Assembly (NCBI GenBank): GCA_947495555.1
Contig: CANLZI010000001.1
Location: 36,861-100,860, forward strand
Reading direction: 5' to 3'
DNA from: an uncultured Erythrobacter sp.
GTDB lineage: Bacteria; Pseudomonadota; Alphaproteobacteria; Sphingomonadales; Sphingomonadaceae
Length of the DNA: 64,000 nucleotides
Part shown: one piece after another, positions 58,425-64,000 of the stretch
How the letters are laid out: each line of letters starts with the position of its first letter
Numbering within the stretch: the stretch's first letter is position 1
Position numbers and translations under genes: made by a program
The notes under the pieces: generated by a model
Databases searched by the model: none
The model's input: only the letters and a program-made list of their open reading frames with translations
What the model was told of the DNA's origin: nothing

Positions 58425-59018
58425 ATGTTGACCTTGCCTAATCTTTTGACGCTCTCGCGCATCTTGGCAGTGCCGTTTTTGGCGTTCCTGTTGTGGTGGC
58501 CCGAATGGCAATTGGGTTACTTGCTCGCTTATGGCCTGTACTGTCTGATGGGCATAACTGACTATTTCGATGGCTATCTGGCCCGTTCTAGCGGTGCGGT
58601 TTCAAAGCTGGGTATTTTCCTCGATCCAATTGCCGACAAGATCATGGTGGCGGCTGTCATCCTAGTGTTGACGGCGCAGGGTTGGTTGCGTGGGCCATTG
58701 GTGGGCGATTTCCATGTTATCGCTGGTCTGATCATCCTGATGCGAGAGATTGCCGTATCGGGCCTGCGCGAATTCTTAGGCGGCATCCAAGTATCGGTGC
58801 CGGTTTCGCGTTTGGCAAAGTGGAAAACCACTCTGCAAATGGTGGCGCTGGGCTCTTTGATTTTGGCCGGTGGATTGCCCGATTGGAACTTTGAAGCCTT
58901 GGACCGTGTGTTCAATATTCCGCACACGGTAGGCATTTGGACCTTGTGGGGGGCGGCCATTTTGACGCTGGTAACCGGTTGGGACTATCTGCGCGTCGGC
59001 ATCAAACACATGGATTGA
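58425..59018 (+). CDS. pgsA: CDP-diacylglycerol--glycerol-3-phosphate 3-phosphatidyltransferase
   Basis: LPNLLTLSR, TDYFDGYLAR...FLDPIADK and KWKT. Confidence 0.95.
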   Translation: MLTLPNLLTLSRILAVPFLAFLLWWPEWQLGYLLAYGLYCLMGITDYFDGYLARSSGAVSKLGIFLDPIADKIMVAAVILVLTAQGWLRGPLVGDFHVIAGLIILMREIAVSGLREFLGGIQVSVPVSRLAKWKTTLQMVALGSLILAGGLPDWNFEALDRVFNIPHTVGIWTLWGAAILTLVTGWDYLRVGIKHMD

Positions 59019-59208
59019 TAGGCGCTGCCCGAATTACCCGGCGTGCCTTGTTATCAAACAGAAAAATTGCAGTAGGTGTGAAACCAATTCCGAGTTTCGC
59101 GCGTACATAGTGTTGAGGGGTTTTGAACAAGGGCCCCGACGTGTCGCGCATCAAAAAGACCTATACGTATAAACAACTTGTCAACCAATCCGGCTTAGAT
59201 GGATTGGC

Positions 59209-59469
59209 ATGAGTGCAACGCTTTCAACCTTTCTCGGCCTGTTTTTCAAAGCTGGCTTTGTCGCCCTGATCTTCAATGAAGTGCGCGGTGTGATCCTGGC
59301 TGTGCCAGTGCTTTATGCCATGTATCAGTCGGGCGGATCGGCCATGGCGATCTGGCTGGGCATTTGCTCGCTGGGCGGAATTGCGCTTTCGGTAATTGTC
59401 CCGATTTTCGCGGCAAAGAAGCTGAAGAAAGTGGCTGAAACACGCGGTTTGATCCCCGCTGCTGCTTAA
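59209..59469 (+). CDS. Hypothetical membrane protein
   Basis: 86 aa with hydrophobic segments and host-like codon usage. Confidence 0.7.
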   Translation: MSATLSTFLGLFFKAGFVALIFNEVRGVILAVPVLYAMYQSGGSAMAIWLGICSLGGIALSVIVPIFAAKKLKKVAETRGLIPAAA

Positions 59470-59493
59470 TCTGACAGGTCGCGCACGGTTCGA

Positions 59494-60390
59494 CTAATCG
59501 GCGCGAAACTCTTTCGCCAACAATTCAAATTCATCAGCGCGGGGCGAGTTCTTGCGCCAGATCAGCGCGATCTCGCGACTGGAATTTGCGGCTTTCAAAG
59601 GTCGGGCGATAACATCGGTGCCGTCCAAAATGCCCGCATCAATCGCCATCTTTGGCAACATCGTCAGCCCCAAATCATTGTCCACCATCTGCACCAATGT
59701 GTGCAGGCTGGTGCCAATCATGGTGGCCGAGGCACGCAGTTCGGGCCGGTTGCAGGCGGCCAAGGCATGTTCCTTGAGGCAATGGCCATCCTCCAAAAGC
59801 AGCAGGCGCCCTTCATCAATCATGGACGATGCAATGGTCGCCGGAGGATCACGCGGATCGTCCTTGGGAAACCCAACATACAATTGATCCTGCCCGATGG
59901 TGGCACGTTCCACCTCGCCTGTGGCGAAGGGTAGGGCCAGCAGAACGCAATCGACCCTGCCGTGATGCAAAGATTCCACCGCATCGGCGCTGGTTTCTTC
60001 GCGCAGGAACAGTTTTAGATCGGGGCGCTCCTTACGCAACCGGGGCAGAATGCGCGGCAGCAAAAAGGGCGCGATGGTAGGGATCACACTCATGCGCACT
60101 GTGCCGGACAAAGGTTTGCCCGATGCCTGAACCAGATCGCTCAACTCTTCCGCCTCGCGCAGGATCCGGTGAGCCTTGTCAACCACTTGCTCGCCCAAAG
60201 AGGTGAAGCGCACCACCCGGCGGGTACGCTCGACCAAGGTCACGCCCAGCAGCGATTCCAATTCTCTAATCCCGGCGGACAGAGTGGATTGGGACACATA
60301 GCTGGCCTCGGCAGCGCGGCCGAAATGGCCATGTTCATGCAAAGCCACCAGATATTGCAGCTGTTTGATGGTGGGCAAATAGGTCGACAT
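59494..60390 (-). CDS. oxyR: LysR-family hydrogen peroxide-inducible regulator
   Basis: LysR HTH and LLLEDGHCLKEHALAAC redox-cysteine region. Confidence 0.9.
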   Translation of the reverse strand: MSTYLPTIKQLQYLVALHEHGHFGRAAEASYVSQSTLSAGIRELESLLGVTLVERTRRVVRFTSLGEQVVDKAHRILREAEELSDLVQASGKPLSGTVRMSVIPTIAPFLLPRILPRLRKERPDLKLFLREETSADAVESLHHGRVDCVLLALPFATGEVERATIGQDQLYVGFPKDDPRDPPATIASSMIDEGRLLLLEDGHCLKEHALAACNRPELRASATMIGTSLHTLVQMVDNDLGLTMLPKMAIDAGILDGTDVIARPLKAANSSREIALIWRKNSPRADEFELLAKEFRAD

Positions 60391-60396
60391 TGCAGC

Positions 60397-61683
60397 CTAT
60401 TCAGCCGCCTCTTTCTTGGGGTCTGCATCACCTGCGCTATCCGCGCCATCACCTGCGCCGTCAGCGCCGTCTTGCGCCGCAGTTTCCTGTGCCAAGCCTT
60501 CTTCCATGCTAGCCTGCATATCATCCACATGGGTCATCAGCAGCTTTCCATTGCGCACGGCAAAGGCCAGCTTCCCTTCGACCAATTCCAGGGCGTCTCG
60601 GCCAAACACTTCATAGCGCCACCCCTGCAAAATCGGCAGATCACGCAGACCGGCAGCCAATGCCTCCATCTCGTCAGATTTGGTCAGCAGGCGCGAGGCC
60701 ACATCAATTTCCCGAGCGCGGATCTTGAGCAACAATTTGAGCAAATCGGCCACCAAAGCGCCTTCCTTGCCCAGCGGGGCGCCGCGCTTCATCTTCTCGG
60801 GCATTTCTGACTTGTCGAGCGGCTCTGCCTTTTCCAGCACACCCATCAATCGCTTGCCAATGTCATTGTCGCGCCACGCACCAGACAGCCCGCGCACTTT
60901 GGCCAGATCGGCCTGTTTCTTGGGCGGATGGCTGGCAATATCGGCCAAGGTTTCATCACGCATGATCCGGCCGCGCGGAATGTCTTTATGCTGGGCTTCG
61001 CTTTCGCGCCAGGCGGCCAAGCCCTTCAAACGTCCCAACACCTGCGGATTGCGCCCTTGCGAACGAATACGCCGCCACGCCAATTCCGGATCGGTGATGT
61101 AGTTTGATGGATCGGCAAGCTTGTCCATTTCCGCATTCAGCCACGCGCCGCGTCCGGTCTTGACCAGCTTGTTCAGCATCATCGGGAAGATTTTGGACAA
61201 ATGGGTCACATCGCCAATCGCATATTCGATTTGACGATCGGTCAGCGGACGGCGGCTCCAATCGGTAAAGCGTGCACCCTTATCAACGGTTATGCTGAGC
61301 CAGCTTTCCACCAGATTGGCATAGCCGATCTGTTCCGACTGGCTGATCGCCATCATCGCGATTTGCGTGTCAAAAATGGGGTGGGGTGTCTTGCCCGTCA
61401 TATTGACGATGATCTCGACATCCTGCCCGCCAGCGTGGAAAACTTTCAAGACATCCGGATTTTCGCACATCAAATCCAGCAGCGGGGTTAGATCGATCCC
61501 GTCTGCCAAGGGATCAATCGCGGCCGCTTCTTCCTCATTGGCGATTTGCACCAGGCACAGTTCGGGCCAGTAGGTGTTTTCGCGCATGAATTCGGTGTCG
61601 ATGGTGACAAATTCTGATTTGGAGAGACGCTCGCACAATTCGGCCAAAGCGTCTGAGGTCGTAATCAGGTCATGAATTTTCAT
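60397..61683 (-). CDS. rnd: Ribonuclease D
   Basis: IDTEFMRE, DTQIA, YAIGDV (DEDD exonuclease) and HRDC region. Confidence 0.94.
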   Translation of the reverse strand: MKIHDLITTSDALAELCERLSKSEFVTIDTEFMRENTYWPELCLVQIANEEEAAAIDPLADGIDLTPLLDLMCENPDVLKVFHAGGQDVEIIVNMTGKTPHPIFDTQIAMMAISQSEQIGYANLVESWLSITVDKGARFTDWSRRPLTDRQIEYAIGDVTHLSKIFPMMLNKLVKTGRGAWLNAEMDKLADPSNYITDPELAWRRIRSQGRNPQVLGRLKGLAAWRESEAQHKDIPRGRIMRDETLADIASHPPKKQADLAKVRGLSGAWRDNDIGKRLMGVLEKAEPLDKSEMPEKMKRGAPLGKEGALVADLLKLLLKIRAREIDVASRLLTKSDEMEALAAGLRDLPILQGWRYEVFGRDALELVEGKLAFAVRNGKLLMTHVDDMQASMEEGLAQETAAQDGADGAGDGADSAGDADPKKEAAE

Positions 61684-61919
61684 TTTGTTCTTTTCTATAT
61701 GTCGGGCGGAGTACCGCCCACCGGCCCAAGGGCCAAATTGATGTTCGTCAGCTGTGCTTGTCCGTATCGGGCAAACTCGCCTTGACAAATTTGCATGCTT
61801 GCCCTGTTAGCGCGCGCAACATTCAGCTAGAGCGACGCCCGCGAATGATAGCGCTACTGACAGCGCCACAACATGCAAGCGCCTCTAGCGTTATAGCTGT
61901 GAAAATGGAAAGATTTTAG

Positions 61920-63716
61920 ATGCACGCCTATCGTACCCACAACTGCGCACAATTGACGGCGGAAAATGTCGGAGAATCTGTCCGGCTTTCGGGCTGGATT
62001 CACCGCAAACGCGATCATGGTGGAGTGCTATTTATAGATCTGCGCGATCATTATGGCATCACTCAGATCGTGGCAGATGAAGATTCGCCCGCTCTGCCAG
62101 CGTTGGAAAAGCTGCGCGCTGAAAGCGTGGTGACCATCGATGGTGATGTGAAGGCGAGGACCCCCGAAACGGTCAATAGCGACCTGCCAACTGGCGCGAT
62201 CGAAGTTTTTGCGCGCACCATCACCGTGCAAAGCGCGGCGGAAGAACTGCCGATGCCGGTTGCCGGCGAGCAGGACTATCCCGAAGACATCCGCCTGAAA
62301 TACCGCTTCCTCGATCTGCGGCGCGAAACCATGCACCGCAACATCATGCTGCGCAGCAAGGTCATCACATCGCTCCGTCAACGCATGATCGATCAGGGCT
62401 TCACAGAATTCCAGACCCCGATCCTAACCGCCTCTTCACCCGAAGGCGCGCGCGATTTCCTGGTCCCAAGCCGGATGCATCCGAACAATTTCTATGCGCT
62501 GCCGCAGGCTCCGCAGATGTTCAAGCAGATGCTGATGGTGTCGGGCTTTGACCGTTATTTCCAAATTGCGCCGTGTTTCCGTGACGAAGATTTGCGGGCC
62601 GATCGCAGCCTGGAGTTCTACCAGCTCGATTTCGAGATGAGCTTTGTTACGCAGGAAGACGTGTTCCAGGCATTGGAGCCGGTGCTGGCTGGCGTATTTG
62701 CAGAATTTGCCGACGGAAAGACGGTTACCGCGAGCGGAGACTTCCCGCGCATTCCTTATGCCGAAGCGATGCTGAAATATGGCTCTGACAAGCCGGATCT
62801 GCGCAACCCACTGATTATCTCTGACGTCACCAGCCACTTTGAAAAGAGCGGATTTGGCCTGTTCGAGAAGATTGTGGGCGAGGGCGGAGTTGTCCGCGTG
62901 GTTCCTGCGCCGGGCACCAATGAGAAGAGCCGCAAGTTCTTTGATGATATGAACAATTGGGCGCGCAGCGAAGGGTTTGCCGGGCTGGGCTATGTCACCC
63001 GCAAGGGCGGCGAATTTGGCGGTCCGATTGCCAAGAACCACGGCCCCGACCTGATGGCGCAGCTTTATGACGAACTGGGCCTTGGCCCGGATGATGGCTT
63101 GTTCTTTGCCGCTGGTAAGGAAAAAGACGCCGCCAAGCTGGCTGGTGCAGCCCGCACGCAAGTCGGCGAGCAGCTGGGACTGATCGAGGAAAACTGCTTC
63201 AAATTCTGCTGGATCGTCGACTTCCCGATGTTCGAATATGACGATGAAGCCAAGAAGATCGATTTCAGCCACAACCCATTCTCTATGCCGCAGGGCGAGA
63301 TGGAAGCGCTGGAAACGATGGACCCGCTGGAGATCAAGGCATGGCAATATGACATTGTCTGCAATGGCTACGAGCTAAGTTCGGGCGCGATCCGGAACCA
63401 CCGTCCCGATATCATGTACAAGGCGTTTGAACTGGCAGGATATGACAATGCCACCGTCGACAAGGAATTTGGCGGCATGATCGAAGCGTTCAAGCTGGGC
63501 GCGCCGCCACACGGCGGCTCGGCCCCGGGTATTGACCGCATCGTTATGCTGTTGGCGGGCGAGGAAGCCATCCGCGAAGTGATCGCTTTCCCGATGAACC
63601 AAAAGGGCGAAGATTTGATGATGGGCGCACCTAGCAAGGCGCAACCCACCCAATTGCGCGAGCTGATGTTGCGCACGATTGAGCCTCCCAAGAAAGAAGG
63701 TTCTGCCGAGGGGTAG
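61920..63716 (+). CDS. aspS: Aspartate--tRNA ligase
   Basis: [24 protein letters not shown] and GAPPHGG..PGIDR. Confidence 0.98.
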   Translation: MHAYRTHNCAQLTAENVGESVRLSGWIHRKRDHGGVLFIDLRDHYGITQIVADEDSPALPALEKLRAESVVTIDGDVKARTPETVNSDLPTGAIEVFARTITVQSAAEELPMPVAGEQDYPEDIRLKYRFLDLRRETMHRNIMLRSKVITSLRQRMIDQGFTEFQTPILTASSPEGARDFLVPSRMHPNNFYALPQAPQMFKQMLMVSGFDRYFQIAPCFRDEDLRADRSLEFYQLDFEMSFVTQEDVFQALEPVLAGVFAEFADGKTVTASGDFPRIPYAEAMLKYGSDKPDLRNPLIISDVTSHFEKSGFGLFEKIVGEGGVVRVVPAPGTNEKSRKFFDDMNNWARSEGFAGLGYVTRKGGEFGGPIAKNHGPDLMAQLYDELGLGPDDGLFFAAGKEKDAAKLAGAARTQVGEQLGLIEENCFKFCWIVDFPMFEYDDEAKKIDFSHNPFSMPQGEMEALETMDPLEIKAWQYDIVCNGYELSSGAIRNHRPDIMYKAFELAGYDNATVDKEFGGMIEAFKLGAPPHGGSAPGIDRIVMLLAGEEAIREVIAFPMNQKGEDLMMGAPSKAQPTQLRELMLRTIEPPKKEGSAEG

Positions 63717-63790
63717 TAATCGCTTTTTAGGTATCTTGCGCCCGAAAAATGGCACCACACGATCCGGCAACGATCACGATAGATAACAAA

Positions 63791-63816
63791 AAGCGCCCGG
63801 TGCAGACCGGGCGCTT
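63791..63816. terminator. Bidirectional intrinsic terminator
   Basis: AAGCGCCCGGT-GCAG-ACCGGGCGCTT, flanked by A- and T-rich tracts. Confidence 0.85.
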
Positions 63817-63848
63817 CTGTTTTTTCGGTTGCCTGTTAAGGCATTCGA

Positions 63849-64000
63849 TTAGGCGTAGGCACGCTCAATCATGTTGCCGAACTTCTCGCCTTCGCGAACT
63901 TCGCTATAGGCCGACTTGATGACGTTCAGAACGGAAACATCGATTTCGTTCGCATCGTCTTCCAAGGCATCGCGGAACTTATCGGCAAGAAATTCCTCAC
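63849..64000 (-). CDS. C-terminal part of a ferritin-like four-helix protein (PA2169/DUF2383-like), partial
   Basis: Manual translation ...EEFLADKFRDALEDDANEIDVSVLNVIKSAYSEVREGEKFGNMIERAYA*. Confidence 0.55.
   Translation of the reverse strand, partial: EEFLADKFRDALEDDANEIDVSVLNVIKSAYSEVREGEKFGNMIERAYA

Noticed and set aside
60426-60480. Short direct repeats (CATCACCTGCGC x2) at the rnd 3' end
   Set aside because: They encode a low-complexity Ala/Gly/Asp tail of RNase D; no sign of a functional array.
61790-61919. Possible structured leader upstream of aspS (GCTAGAG/CTCTAGC inverted pair)
   Set aside because: Only a 7-bp stem and no recognisable riboswitch or T-box motif.
1-64000. CRISPR array, rRNA, IS transposase, retron/RT or integron integrase
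   Set aside because: No regularly spaced repeat-spacer array, rRNA-like sequence, or DDE/HUH/RT/IntI motifs seen. The junction palindromes are dispersed and divergent, not an array.

Overview
Alphaproteobacterial chromosome, most likely Sphingomonadales/Erythrobacteraceae. This is inferred from protein types and the bamA-skp-fabZ block lacking lpx genes. Most of the window (about 22-64 kb) is housekeeping: psd-pssA, rpsB-tsf-pyrH-frr-uppS-cdsA-dxr-rseP-bamA-skp-fabZ, rpmE, tRNA-His, ccmCDEFGHI, kup, yciB-ftsY-mtaB-dapF, pgsA, oxyR, rnd and aspS. The main accessory element is a ~14.6-kb island integrated in the 3' end of tRNA-Tyr (attL 1674-1697, attR 16219-16241). It carries a P4-type integrase, an excisionase-like HTH, a Prim-Pol/SF3 primase-helicase and an iteron-like origin, but no capsid or terminase genes. 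Its cargo is an orphan controller (C)-type protein with a canonical double C-box, an uncharacterised small protein plus PD-(D/E)xK nuclease pair, and a MarR-hydrolase-RND module. An oppABCDF operon lies just beyond attR. The most unusual signal is a family of ~31-bp imperfect palindromes (approx. RYGTCCGC-WWW-asymmetric core-AA-TTGCGGAC-RTT). The six clear copies sit at junctions of accessory genes, both inside the island and around a two-gene insertion between kup and yciB that contains an orphan Mrr-like nuclease. This pattern suggests a cassette-like gene acquisition system, but no cognate recombinase can be assigned from this window. All product calls come from motif recognition by eye; no database searches were run.
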